DNA of 64,000 nt from Sarea resinae (Eukaryota), in assembly GCA_026026165.1 (NCBI GenBank), contig JAPEUD010000048.1:124001-188000 (forward strand), written 5' to 3'. A model generated the notes under the pieces. The model was given only the letters and a program-made list of their open reading frames with translations. It was not told the origin of the DNA and did not search any database. Positions 30,366 through 42,889 of the stretch are shown in pieces. The position numbers were made by a program, and so were the translations under genes. Every line of letters starts with the position of its first letter. Position 1 is the first letter of the stretch.

Positions 30366-33300
30366 ATGACGGCTACGAAGATTGACGGCAACGCAATTGC
30401 GAAGAGCATTCGAGAGAGGCTCAATGCTCAGATCAAGCGGACACAGGAAGCTAATCCTCGTTACAAGCCCTCGTTGGTCATTATCCAAGGTAAATTGAGC
30501 CACAGACGGTGCTACGGAAATGCAGAAATCGCTGACCATCATTGTTGCAGTGGGCGAGCGACCAGATTCGAGTAGGCACCGCAACAGCTGAGCTTGAGCA
30601 TTATTGTTGAACTGACGCGCTCCAGGCACCTATGTTCGCATGAAGCTGAAAGCTGCCCAAGATGTACGTGGCCCTGCCTGGTCTCTACCGTTGTATTACT
30701 AACAGTGCTTCACAACAGGCAAACATTGATTGCGAACTCGCTCACTATCCCGAGTCAATCACTGAAGCGGAGCTTCTAGAGCAGATCACGCGGTACAACA
30801 ATGATCCCTCCGTCCACGGAATCCTGGTCCAACTCCCTGTTCCAAAACACATCTCCGAGCATGCCGTCACCTCTGCTGTCTCAGATGAAAAGGACGTGGA
30901 CGGCTTCGGTACCACAAATATTGGCGAGCTGGCAAAGAAAGGAGGTCATCCCCTATTCACACCATGTACGCCGAAGGGTGTGATGGTGCTGCTAAAGGAG
31001 AGTGGAGTAGACGTGAAGGGCAAGAATGCCGTCGTTTTAGGACGTAGTGACATCGTCGGAAGCCCTGTTAGCTACTTACTCCGGAACGCAGACGCTACCG
31101 TCACCGTGTGCCATTCGAGAACCCAAGGCTTGGAAAACTTTGTCAAGAATGCCGACATCGTTATTGCTGCCATTGGAAAGGCTCAATTTGTGAAAGGAGA
31201 ATGGCTTAAGCCGGGGGCTGTGGTGATCGACGTCGGAACAAACTTCATTCCCGATGCATCAAAGAAATCCGGACAGCGCTTGGTTGGAGATGTCGATTTC
31301 GAGTCTGCCGCTGAGGTGGCATCGCTCATTACCCCCGTGCCTGGCGGTGTCGGACCGATGACAGTGGCCATGCTGCTTGAAAATGTCGCTGATTCTGCGA
31401 CAGCTTATTTTGATAGGCAGAAGGCTCGACACATCAAACCACTACCTCTAAAGCTCAAGTCTCCAGTCCCCTCTGATATTGCTATATCACGGGCGCAGCA
31501 TCCGAAACAAATCACCCAAGTCGCACAAGAGGTAGGAATTGCGGCCTCTGAGCTGGAGCCATATGGTGCGTACAAAGCCAAGGTTGACCTGAAGTTACTT
31601 TCTCGTCTTGGTTACCGACGCAATGGACGTTATGTCGTCGTCACTGGTATTACCCCAACGCCACTGGGAGAGGGCAAGTCCACGACTACAATGGGCTTGA
31701 CCCAGGCACTTGCTGCCCATCTCGACAGGATAGCTTTCGCCAACGTGAGGCAACCAAGTCAGGGGCCCACTTTCGGTATCAAGGGCGGTGCAGCTGGCGG
31801 AGGTTACAGTCAGGTCATCCCCATGGACGAATTCAACCTGCATTTGACTGGAGACATCCACGCCATATCCGCTGCAAACAACCTTTTGGCTGCGGCGATC
31901 GAGACCAGGATGTTCCACGAGAACACCCAAAAGGATGGACCACTCTATAAGCGCCTGGTACCAGCAAAGAAAGGAAAGAGAGAGTTCCTGCCCGTCATGT
32001 TCCGTCGATTGAAGAAGCTTGGCATCGATAAGACGAATCCTGACGATCTTACCGAAGACGAGATTCACCGATTTGCCCGACTAGACATTGACCCAGAAAC
32101 CATTACCTGGTCTCGAGTGTTGGATGTCAACGACAGACATCTACGAAAAGTTACTGTCGGTCAAGCTCCTACTGAGAAAGGCCAATCTAGAGAGACCAGC
32201 TTTGACATCACTGTCGCCAGCGAGTGTATGGCGATATTGGCCCTCAGCAATGACCTCGCCGATATGCGAGAAAGACTAGGCCGTATGGTGATTGGAAGCT
32301 CGAGGAGTGGAGAGCCGATCACTTGTGACGATATCGGAGCTGGAGGTGCACTCACTGCCCTCATGAAGGATGCTATCAAACCAAACATGATGCAGACGCT
32401 GGAGGGCACGCCGGTCTTCGTGCACGCGGGACCCTTTGCAAACATCAGCATCGGAGCCAGTTCAGTCTTGGCTGATAAGCTGGCCTTGAAGCTTGCCGGC
32501 ACGGAACCGGATGAAGATCACAACGAGAAGACTGGCTTTGTGGTCACCGAGGCAGGATTCGACTTCACTATGGGCGGAGAGCGTTTCTTTAACATCAAGT
32601 GCCGCTCTTCGGGTCTGGTGCCAGACGTGGTCGTGATTGTTGCTACGGTGCGGGCATTGAAGGTGCATGGTGGAGGACCACCAATCACCCCAGGCGCCGC
32701 TCTTCCCGCGGCGTACACCAAGGAGGATGTGGAACTTTTGCGCGCCGGTTGCGTAAACCTGAAGAAGCATATCTCCAACGCACGTCAATATGGCATCCCT
32801 GTGGTAGTTGCGATCAACAAGTTTGAAACAGACACAGAAGCAGAAGTCGCCGTTATCCGAGAAGAGGCTATCGCTGCCGGAGCCGACGACGCCATTCCCG
32901 CCAACCACTGGGCGGATGGTGGAAACGGTGCGGTTGATCTAGCTAAAGGCGTCATTGCGTCTAGCAGCAAGGAGAAGCATTTCAGGCTGCTCTACGAGCT
33001 TGAAGGCACTGTGCAAGAACGTATCGAAAAGATTGCCAAAGACATGTATGGAGCAGCGGCGGTCGAGTTCAGCGAGCTGGCACAAAAGAAGGTGGATACA
33101 TATGTGAAGCAGGGTTTCGGAAATCTGCCCATCTGCATCGCCAAGACGCAATACTCTTTAAGTCACGATCAGAACCTCAAGGGCGCCCCGACTGGATTCA
33201 CGGTACCTATCAGGGACGTGAGGTTAGCCGTCGGTGCAGGCTACCTGTGAGTCTCTTCTTCTACTTCTACCCATGGCCACAGTCACTAATCACTCTGTAG

Positions 33301-33409
33301 ATATGCACTCGCTGCTGATATCCAGACCATTCCGGGTCTTCCCACGGCTCCCGGCTATCTGAATGTCGACGTAGATCCGGAGACTGGTGAGATTGAGGGT
33401 CTGTTCTAG
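30366..33409 (+). CDS. ADE3: Trifunctional C1-tetrahydrofolate synthase; probable longer mitochondrial isoform from ATG 30068
   Basis: MTATKIDGNAIAKSIRE..., VHGILVQLP, KDVDG, VPGGVGPMTVAML, GITPTPLGEGKSTT, FGIKGGAAGGGYSQ, HAGPFANI and ICIAKTQYS. Final exon YALAADIQTIPGL...GEIEGLF*. Confidence 0.97.
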
Positions 33410-33759
33410 AGCGCAAGCTCGGTGGTGGTCCTCCTTCTGCTGTCCTTTCCTGTCCCAACAGTCGTCTTCACATTTCAACATCACATCACCTTCAACAATC
33501 AGGTCTGGGGATTTGGGCAGCAGTGTTTACAGCTTCGGGTGGTGGTGATAAGCATCTTCAACAATGGCGCAGGGGCATGGGTGATATCCCGGTTGGGCAG
33601 ATCTTTTGGCTTATGAAGCATCGTGAAATAGATTCTGTCTAGACGGCTGCACATGTACACAAATGATAGGTAATCGGTGCGATCATCTGTCCCGTATGGC
33701 TTGCATGCATTGATGTATTATCGTGGGTGCCAGGGTGACGATGAAAATTTGATAGAGCG

Positions 33760-34410
33760 AGTGGGGTGTGGGGAAGGAAGGGAAGGCCCCGGGGGGGTAA
33801 AGGGTTGGTGGGGTGGAAAATGTGTACCTACCTAGGTACCTTAGGTAGGTAGGCTGTCAAGTCGTGGTACTGTCGAGTACGAAGGTCGTACATCCTACAT
33901 CAATCTACTGCAGGTGGAGATTGTGTGCGTTGGCTAAGTACTCCGGACTACTACGTAGTAGGTACTTGGTCCCCCATCATGGTTTGCCTTACGGGCCATC
34001 ATTCCTGTGCCCGCCCTGCCCTGCCGGCCTTGCCTGCCTTACTCTAGAGTACTTCGTCCCTCTTCGCGCATTCGAGACATCCATGGATGGCTAACGATGC
34101 ATGCTGAGACGGGTCGAGACACGGATTGGGCTCGGAGATTTGGATGGATGACGTGCTCCGACGACGTTGTTGCTTAGGTGCGCACGAGAGCAGAGAGCAG
34201 AGAGCAGAGAGCAGTGAGCGGAGAGCAAAGAGCAAAGAGCAAATGATAAGGTAAATATCTCGACGTAAAGCATAGAGTGGCCTCCTACCATGATAGTCAT
34301 TGATTATTCCTTGATCGAGGAGGACTCGGCGGGATCTTCTCCTCCTACGGCTACGGCAGAAGTCCGGCGCCTTCGCCTTCGCCTTCGCCTTCGACTTCCC
34401 CTTCCCCTTC
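33760..34410. repeat. Low-complexity spacer with (GAGAGCA)n, (TTCGCC)n, (TAGG)n and GTAC-rich palindromes
   Basis: Visible tandem units at about 33825-33853, 34186-34240 and 34368-34392. Confidence 0.8.
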
Positions 34411-35386
34411 TCTTTCCACCTGGTGGACGGACCGTGATTGGCGGCTAAGGGTCATCTATTCCCTCCTGTCCACTGTCTGTACGGAGTCGTCGAGCAGAGC
34501 CCACCGAGCCATCGGCATTCCATGGCCCTGCCGCCGATTGCAATCTGACTCTCGGCGGCCTCATTCGTGCCTTGACCATGACTCTACCGAGTACTCGTAC
34601 AGAGTACTGAGTACTGCTGTCATACTAGAGTACTCTATGGCTGCCCCTCCCTCCCCTCCCTCCCCTCCCTCCCCTAACCCCTGTGTGTTCCCCCTCCTGG
34701 TTCGCCCACTACTGCCCCTCGGCATGCGTTCTATTACATATTTGATGCTATCCAACCAAGCCAACGGGATCTGGTCTCTAGTTGCGGTGCGAGTGTCCAA
34801 TTGCGGCTCTCACTGTTGTCTCTTCTCATCTTTTCTTTACTCTGTCCACCCCTAGCTGCGCGTGGTGACGATCCCAACCGCCATCCATCATGGAACCTGG
34901 AAGTCATATAATTTCTCCGTACTACGGAGTCGCTACCTGGAGACTACGGTGCCTGCGGTCAACCGCCCCTCCAGACCCGTGCCCCCGTTCGTGATCCTCG
35001 GGGCTGTAGAAGACTGGAACACCGCAACGGGACGGGACCGTCGAACGGAAGACCTCCAGCTCGTCCAGTTCGATCGGATTCCGACTGCTGAGAATAATTC
35101 GACGTGACGGGTAAAGAGACGGCGACACTCCGTACGGACTCGCTGCCCTCCCCTGGACCTTTCTCGGCTGTATCTTCTCGGTCTCTGCTCGGTAGCTGCA
35201 GTACTCGGATTGTACCGCCACAAGTACCCCGTGCGACCTGGTACCGGCGTCGCCCACCGCCCACGGCCGACCTGACCTTAGCACCGTAGTACTCCATCAC
35301 GACCTAACAACCGCATTATTAACCCAATAATTCCTCCTTCCGTATTTAAAGGCGGGACAACTTCCCCCCACCTGGCGCTTTCATCC

Positions 35387-37251
35387 ATGAATTTCCTGCG
35401 AAGCCCTGTTTGCCTCCGTCTGGCTTCGTCGACCATCACTTCGTCAAGGCTATCGTTGGCCCAATTGAGCAGAGAGCCCCAGATCTGGACGTCTGCTTTC
35501 ATCCCGTCGAGAAAGATGTCGACCGGTATCCAGAAGATCAAGGTCAAGAATCCGGTGGTGGAGTGAGTGATATCTGATCTTTCTGATCTTTGTTGCCGCC
35601 ATGGAGATTGTGTGCATGCTGACGTGGAATGGCAACTCTCAGGCTCGATGGCGATGAGGTAAGGCTGATTTGGAGCCGACGAAGAAAATTTTTGATCGGG
35701 GCATGATTGGTAACACAGGGCGCATGTAGATGACCAGGATTATCTGGAAGGATATCAAGGAGAAGGCAAGTCTACTACTAGAGAAGAGCAGTGTCGCGGA
35801 CCTATGCTGACGCTGAAATTCTTATATAGCTCATCTTCCCGTATGTAGAATCTTGACACGAGCCAGCCAGAGCTCTCGTTGACACTGCTAGATATCTCGA
35901 CATTGATCTCAAGTACTACGATCTGGTAAGACCTTCGAGGCAGATTGGGCCGAGAAAATATGCTGAACATCTCATTAGGGTCTTGAGTACCGCGATGAGA
36001 CCAACGACCAAGTCACCGTCGATGCAGCGGAGGCTATCCAGAAGTACTCCGTCGGTGTCAAGTGTGCAACCATCACCCCGGATGAGGCCCGAGTGGAAGA
36101 ATTCCACTTGAAGAAGAGTATGTCGGGGTCTTCCCGAGCAAAAATAGGCTAAAAAAGCTGACTTTATTTTTTTCAGTGTGGCTGTCACCGAACGGAACGA
36201 TCCGAAACATCCTGTAAGTTTTCAAGCTTATAACGGTGAAATCCAACTGGCCTAACGATATTCAAGAGGAGGCACCGTTTTCCGTGAGCCCATTGTCATC
36301 CCCCGTATCCCCCGTCTCATTCCTGGCTGGAAGGAGCCCATCATTATTGGCCGTCATGCTTTTGGCGATCAATACCGCGCTACGGACAAGGTTATTCCGG
36401 GCCCGGGCACCGTGGAATTGGTGTACACGCCCAAGGGAGGCGAGCCCGAGAGGATCAAGGTCTTCGACTTTGAGAACGGTGGCGGTGTCGCACAGGTGCA
36501 ATATAACACGGACGAGTCCATCACCGGATTCGCTCACGCAAGTTTCAAGCTTGCACTGGACAAGTCTCTGCCGCTCTATATGAGCACCAAGAATACCATC
36601 CTAAAGCGATACGATGGTCGCTTCAAGGACATCTTCCAGGAGGTGTTTGAGAAGAACTACGAGAAGGAGTTTGAGGCCAAGAAGATCTGGTACGAGCACC
36701 GCTTGATCGACGACATGGTTGCCCAGATGATCAAGAGCAAGGGTGGCTACATCATCGCTATGAAGAGTACGCCTATTTGAATCCTCTTTCTGTCCTCACA
36801 CGCGTATCGTACTGACCGCCACTTAGACTACGATGGAGACGTGCAATCCGACATCGTCGCCCAAGGGTTCGGCTCCCTCGGCCTCATGACCTCAGTTCTC
36901 ATCACCCCCGATGGCAAGACGTTTGAATCCGAAGCCGCTCACGGCACCGTCACGCGCCACTACCGCGAGCACCAAAAGGGCCGCGAGACCTCGACCAACC
37001 CCATCGCCTCCATCTTTGCCTGGACGCGCGGCCTGATCCAGCGCGGCAAGCTGGACGAGACCCCCGATGTCGTTGCCTTTGCCGAGTCGCTGGAGAAGGC
37101 CTGCGTTGATACGGTTCAAGAGGATGGCATCATGACGAAGGATCTGGCGATTGCGTGTGGAAAGAGCGAGCGCAAGGACTACGCCACCACGACCGAGTAC
37201 CTGAACGCAGTCGAGAGACGCATGAAGAGCCTGCTCAAGGAGAAGCTGTGA
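35387..37251 (+). CDS. IDP1: NADP-dependent isocitrate dehydrogenase, about 9 exons, with N-terminal presequence
   Basis: [12 protein letters not shown]...[27 protein letters not shown]...|[38 protein letters not shown]...[13 protein letters not shown]...YDGDVQSD...[10 protein letters not shown]...[12 protein letters not shown]...KEKL*. Confidence 0.96.
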
Positions 37252-37819
37252 GTGTATCAGTGTGTGTGTGTGCGGGAGGGGGCAGCCAGCGGGCCTGCCA
37301 GCAATCCCCAAGCCACGTGAATATAGAGCGAGCCTGGGGACGCTCATGCTGTCGTTGTTGGCCGGAGGGGGGGAGGTTTTCGTTGTCGTTGTTGCTACGC
37401 CTACGCATGAGGATATCAAGTGTTCCCCATCCGCAGGCTTGTCTCGGCCCGCCGTCCGGCCGGTCGGTCGGTCCAGTGGCGGCATGCATGTTGCGGGAGG
37501 TCCTTCGTCTGCCAACTGCCGTTCCTTAACGGTAGCGGGCTCTTTCGACGGGCTGGCGGGCAGTGGATCATGTAGAAAAAAGAGGGGGTGGCGAGAGGAA
37601 GATGTGTGTGTCCTGTATGGGGACTTTTTCCGTTCTACTTAGAATTCCGACTTTTATCTCTTGTGATGGCGAGACGGAGGGGCGAGGGGGCGAGGGAGTG
37701 TGAGAAGCTCCCCTTCGGGTGTGGAGGGTGGGGGTCGGAGGGGAAAGGAACGGAAAGGGGGGGGGCACGTACAGGCGACGGCGACGACGACGGCTGGGGC
37801 CAAATATTATAGAACGGGT

Positions 37820-38425
37820 TATATTACATTATATTACATTACTTTATATTATTTTATATTGTCTCAACGCGCGCGTATATAGAAAGACAGGGGGATGGGA
37901 TTGGATGGGATGGCATGGGATGGCATGGGGGGAGGTGGTATTTGATATGACTATTTCATCCATACATTCATCCATTTATCTATTCATCCATCTGTTTATC
38001 CATTCATCCATTCATCCATTCAGACATTCATCCATTCAAACATTCAAACATACATACATGCATACATTCATGCCATATGCTCGATTTTGTTCTTTGCTGC
38101 TAGATAGAGGCTAGGAACGGGCGGGCGGGGGGGCTGCGAATCGGAATTTGTCGGTTTTTTTTCTTCTTTCTTTCTTTTGGTTTTTTCTTCTCATTCCCGT
38201 GTTCTATTGTGTTGTTGTGAATGGGGGCTAGAGAACTAGGCTGGAGTGAGGGGCCAAGCAGGACGGGCAAGAGTGAGTGATGGGTCATGTCATGTCATGT
38301 CATGTCATGTCATTTCGTGATGGCAGGATGGCAGTAGGAGAAGAGAAGGATGGAGAAGAGGAGAAGAGAAGAGGGAATGAGATTCGTCATGTGTGCGGTG
38401 CGGTGCGGTGCGGTGCGGTGCGCAA
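37820..38425. repeat. Dense microsatellite block between the convergent IDP1 and MBF1 3' ends: (TTACA), (GGATG/GGCAT), (TCCA/TTCA), (TCATG)6, (GCGGT)5
   Basis: Directly visible tandem units. Confidence 0.9.
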
Positions 38426-38639
38426 AAGCGCCCCAAGTCTCCTCTTGTTCTAATCTCGTCTCGTCGTATTTCAGGCTAAGGCTCAGGCCTCAGTCCAGTC
38501 GAATAACAAGATACAAACGCCCAGACCTCCTTAATCTCGCTCTCTTCTTCCCCTCCCTTTTGCTACTTCTTCGTCTCAAAGGAGAGAAGCCCGCATCACG
38601 TCACATGCCCCAGCACGCCATAAGCCCAAGCGCCCACGT

Positions 38640-39289
38640 CTATTTCTTCGGCCCGAACCGCGGCTGGCCGAGATCCTTGCCGCGCAGCTTGACGCCGAGG
38701 ATGCGCTCCATGGAGGCCAGGATCTTCTGGTCCGGGGCGGCGGTGCCGCGCTCGAAGTCGGCGACGACGGTCGGCGTCGTGTTGCACTTGGTGGCGAGGT
38801 CTTTCTGCGTCAGCTTTGGGGTGAGCTCTTGGCGGCGCTTCGAGATGACGGCGCCCACGTCCTTGCCGACTTCTTTGGGCTTGACGATGTCTTCGCTTCG
38901 GTCGACTTTCGTGAGGTGTTGGCCTTCGGTGTTGCCTTTTGCCTGTGGGGGGGCGAAGGGGGCGTTTGTTAGCGTGAGGTGGTGAAAGGTAGGAGGTTGT
39001 AGGTGGAGGGGGAAGAGGTTTCGGCCCGGGGGGGAGGGGGGTGAATGGGAGACGATGATGTGAGGGTGGTGTGTGAGACAGAGAGAGGTGGTCTGAAGGA
39101 CGAGCGAGGGAAAGAAGAGGGAAAGGATGCGCTTACGGCGTTGCCGATGGCAAACTTCTTCTCCGACGACACGGCTCCCGAGCGCTGGGCGGCGTTCAGG
39201 GCAGCCTTGCCGCGCACGACGGTCTCGCGGGGAGCGGCTCCATGGGCTTTGCTGCCAATCTTGGTCACGGTGTCCCAGTCGTCGGCCAT
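38640..39289 (-). CDS. MBF1: Multiprotein bridging factor 1, 2 exons
   Basis: [14 protein letters not shown]...ALNAAQRSG...EKKFAIGNA, intron 39136-38943, then [15 protein letters not shown]...[11 protein letters not shown]...[26 protein letters not shown]. Confidence 0.95.
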
Positions 39290-40663
39290 TTTGGTGGTGG
39301 TGGTGGTGGTGGTTGTAGTAGAGGTGATGACTGAGGTTGTAGGAGGGTCGTTGACGTAGGTATGCTACTGATGGATGAGGGGTCTGTCTGTCCGGTGATG
39401 GATTGAACAATGTGTGTTGCTGTAGATGGGTATGGGTGCTTTGATGTCCGTGGATGTTTGAGGTGGTGAAAGTCTTGAAGTTGAGGTCAAAGTCAAAGTC
39501 GAGTCGAAGGGCTGAAGTCACTGGCAAGGAATTACTACTACAGTTACTCTACCGATTGTGATCTCATTGGGCACCACAGGTCGTCAGGTCGTCAGGTCGA
39601 GAGAGAGGAATGTGACGGAATGTCGAGCGAGGTGCTGACTAATGCCTCGTCATGGTCCAGACGGTGCTGTGGGTGAGTGAGTGAGGGAGGAGCCCTGGAG
39701 GTGAGTCACAGTCGAGGCGGGGCACCGTGAGTGCGTCTGTACTTCAGTAGTAGACGGCGCAGAGTCATCGCTACATCAGGTAGGTCTCGATCGAGGCGGG
39801 AGTCAGACCCATTCGAGAGCAAATCGCCTATTTGAAAGACATCAATATCCTTCGTGCTCTGGCGATGATCCAGTGGTAGTCGTGAGAAGGCAGTCAGGTA
39901 GGTCGTGGTCGTCGGTACTCGAGTACTTCGGTACCGCGTCCAGGTAGGGCAGAGACAGACACGACGTGTTCGTACTCGGCGACCAGAGCCCAAGTGCCTC
40001 CGTCGTACTCCCACTAAAGCCGCAAGTACCTTCGGTGTATTTCGACTCTCTCCCTCTCCCACGCGGTACTTTCTCTCCCTCTCTCCCTCTGCCTCTGCCT
40101 CGCGAGCCACCAGATTAGATCAGATAGGAGAGATGTGATGAGATGAGATGAGATCGAGGATGATCTCTCGAGCGACCATTTGTGTGATCGTTCATCCGTC
40201 CCTCTGCATCTCAAGACGACGGAGAACAATCCAGTCTGGATCTGCTGTATGATACATCTAGGCTCAGATATGGTCGAAATGGTTCACTCTACTCTGCTCC
40301 ATCGATGGTAACGCATCCATGTTGATTGATTGATCGCCTCTCGCCTATCGTTGGACATGTCGCCTTGCATCATGACTTCTGCAGATGCACTGCAACGCCT
40401 CAAGCTAGCCAACGTCAATTGATCCATGATTCAAACACCTATTGCCCGACTTGACTCCTCCGATGATAGTTTTCATGCAGAGCCTCGCTCAGGGACCAGA
40501 AGACGAATGCACCGAGAACGGCGCCGTGTCAACATGCCTCGTGCTGTCAACACACGTCGTTGATTTCTCAATCGTGATGCCGTGCTAAGCTCCCCATGGT
40601 TCGACCCCGTCATCTCGTCCTCTCTTGCCGTCGTTGGTATTGCACCAGAGCAGTCAATGCACA

Positions 40664-42718
40664 ATGGACCTCTCCCCAATGCTGAAATCATTACTGTTCA
40701 TGGCGTCATGGAGCTTGAAGGGAGTGTATGCGCCTGCGACGGTCGTTGAAGACGGCGTCCTCTTCATCTTTGCTACAATCATTTCGGCCTTCTGGGGCGG
40801 CCCTGCGGAGGAGTTGCATCACATCTGGCACTGCTTCTATCTTCCATATCAAACCCAGATTGCCGTGACGTTGGGTGCACCCGTCGCTGTCTACTCTCTC
40901 TGGACGGCATATCATGGCATCAGCTCTCTACGCGATGCCCCGCCATCTTCGGTGGAGGAGATTCCTCTTGGCAGGCCTTTGCTGTTTCCTTCTCAGACGA
41001 CCCATGTGCGCCTGTTTCCTCGAAAGCATTCTTTTGCGTACTCGTACTTTGTCGCCGGGATCCCCATTGGCTGGCAAGGCTGCATTCGTTCCGTTCTCTC
41101 TGCGGGCGACGTACGGAAGCGGGCGTGGTTCCACGTTAACGCTGCCGACTATCTGGGTCGAGAAACGTCTGTCAGAAGCTTAGAGGGCAAACTGCACGCG
41201 TACTTGGAATCGCAGGTAAACCGTTCTCCCCGAATGCTGATATTTGAGTATGAAGGGCCTAACGCGGACAGGGTGTCGATCCGTCCGACTATCCTTTCAG
41301 CTATCTGGTCACCGCCCCGCGGTTCTTGGGCTACTCTTTCAATCCAGTCTCTTTCTGGTACCTCTACTCCCCTGACAAAGAGCTGGGAGCCATGATCCTC
41401 GAAGTCAACAACACGTTTGACGAACGACGCCCGTACTTTCTAAAGAGAGATGAAACCAAATCCGATGTCCGTGGCTCGTCCGTCTTCACCAACCGCTGGG
41501 GAAAGGATTTTCATGTCTCCCCCTTCAACTCTCGACATGGCTCGTACTCCTTGGTGGCCCATGATCCTCTCTCAAAGACATCCGACAGTAGATGTCCCCT
41601 GGATATCACCATCACACTCAACTCATCCGGTGACCACGCAAAGCTCGTTGCTCGTGCTCACTCGACAGGACCCGCCATTGATCCTACGGCCCTCGATGTC
41701 TGGTCTGCACTTGGGCTGATTGCAAGCTGGTGGTGGGTCGGGTTCGTAACATCCCCTCGCATAATCTATCAAGCGGGTATACTCTTCTTCCGGAGGAATC
41801 TCCCAGTCTTCGCTCGACCGGAGGTCAGGAAGAGCAGTGTCGCGAGGCGGGAGACCCAAAGCGAAACGTTTGTCAATCTCATGCTGGTTTTTGTCATTCG
41901 CTAACCAGCCTTGCAGAATCTTAGAGGGCTACTTTCGAAAATATCTCAAACACCAGATTCAGTGCTTAGATGTCCCAATGTCTATCGACTATGTCGCTGC
42001 TGCTGGGGATCCTCGCCGGGAGACCATTTCCAACAGATCAGCATCTGGCTCAGCTTCAACGGTCGAGGCCCTCGAGCTTCGAGTCCTCAGTCCGGCTTTT
42101 TACAGTCGCTTCATCCATTATCCTCACATCCTCGAAGCTTTCGACCGCGAAATGCTCTGCACCCGCGAAGAGAATCGAACGGTCTGGGTCTCCAAGCCCT
42201 CTGCGCTTCCTCTACTCTTTCCGCCTAGACAACAAGAACACCCCCTAGTCGCGATCAAGACCACCTCGAATCTACGATTCCTCGAAAGGGCTCGATGGGC
42301 TCTCGTCCGCCGTCTTCGGTGCCCGCCGGCGCCGCCCGCTTACACCGACGAGTCCGCTGGCCCCAAAGGCACAGACATCCGCCATTTCCCCCTCTCAGCC
42401 CTGGACGAGTTCGTGATCTCCCACTGTGCACCTCCCGAGATCCGAGCCTACCGACGCACCCTCCTCGGCCTCTTTCTCAGCGAGCGCATCGCATTCGGCA
42501 GCCCGGGCCTCCTCCATCTCTACGAGGTCGTCCTCAAATGCGGCCTCGTCTGGCTCGGACTCTGGCTCGCCGTGACGCACGACGCGGAACCGGGCACGCG
42601 GCACGAGATGCCCGTCTTGGCGCACGCCGGCACAGCGTGGACTGTGTACATACTAGCCGGCTCGCTCACGCACATGCATGCCTGGTACGGGTTCAAGAGG
42701 CTGGTGGTGGGGGCGTGA
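40664..42718 (+). CDS. DUF1365-family protein with predicted hydrophobic termini, 3 exons
   Basis: THVRLFPRKHSFAYSY, DYLGR, YLVTAPRFLGYSFNPVSFWYLY, ILEVNNTFDERRPY, KDFHVSPFNSR and PRIIYQA. Introns about 41216-41271 and 41868-41916. Confidence 0.85.
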
Positions 42719-42889
42719 TTTTAATTGGCGTGGTGGGTTTTTCTAGAACTCTGAACTCTTCCTTTTGGATCATCTGTACTTCTCACGGCGAGGCGGGCGG
42801 TCTCTTTCCTCTGCTCTCCTTTCGGCGAATTAACGCGTCTGTGCCGCTGCGCTCTTGCTTGCTTGCTACCGTGGGTCCGTTCGGCTTGT

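Noticed and set aside
38640..39527. 295-aa ORF with poly-His running through the MBF1 intron into the exon 2 frame
   Set aside because: Starts at TTG. The His run is a (CAC)n leader repeat and the C-rich intron lacks stops by composition. The spliced model gives canonical Mbf1.
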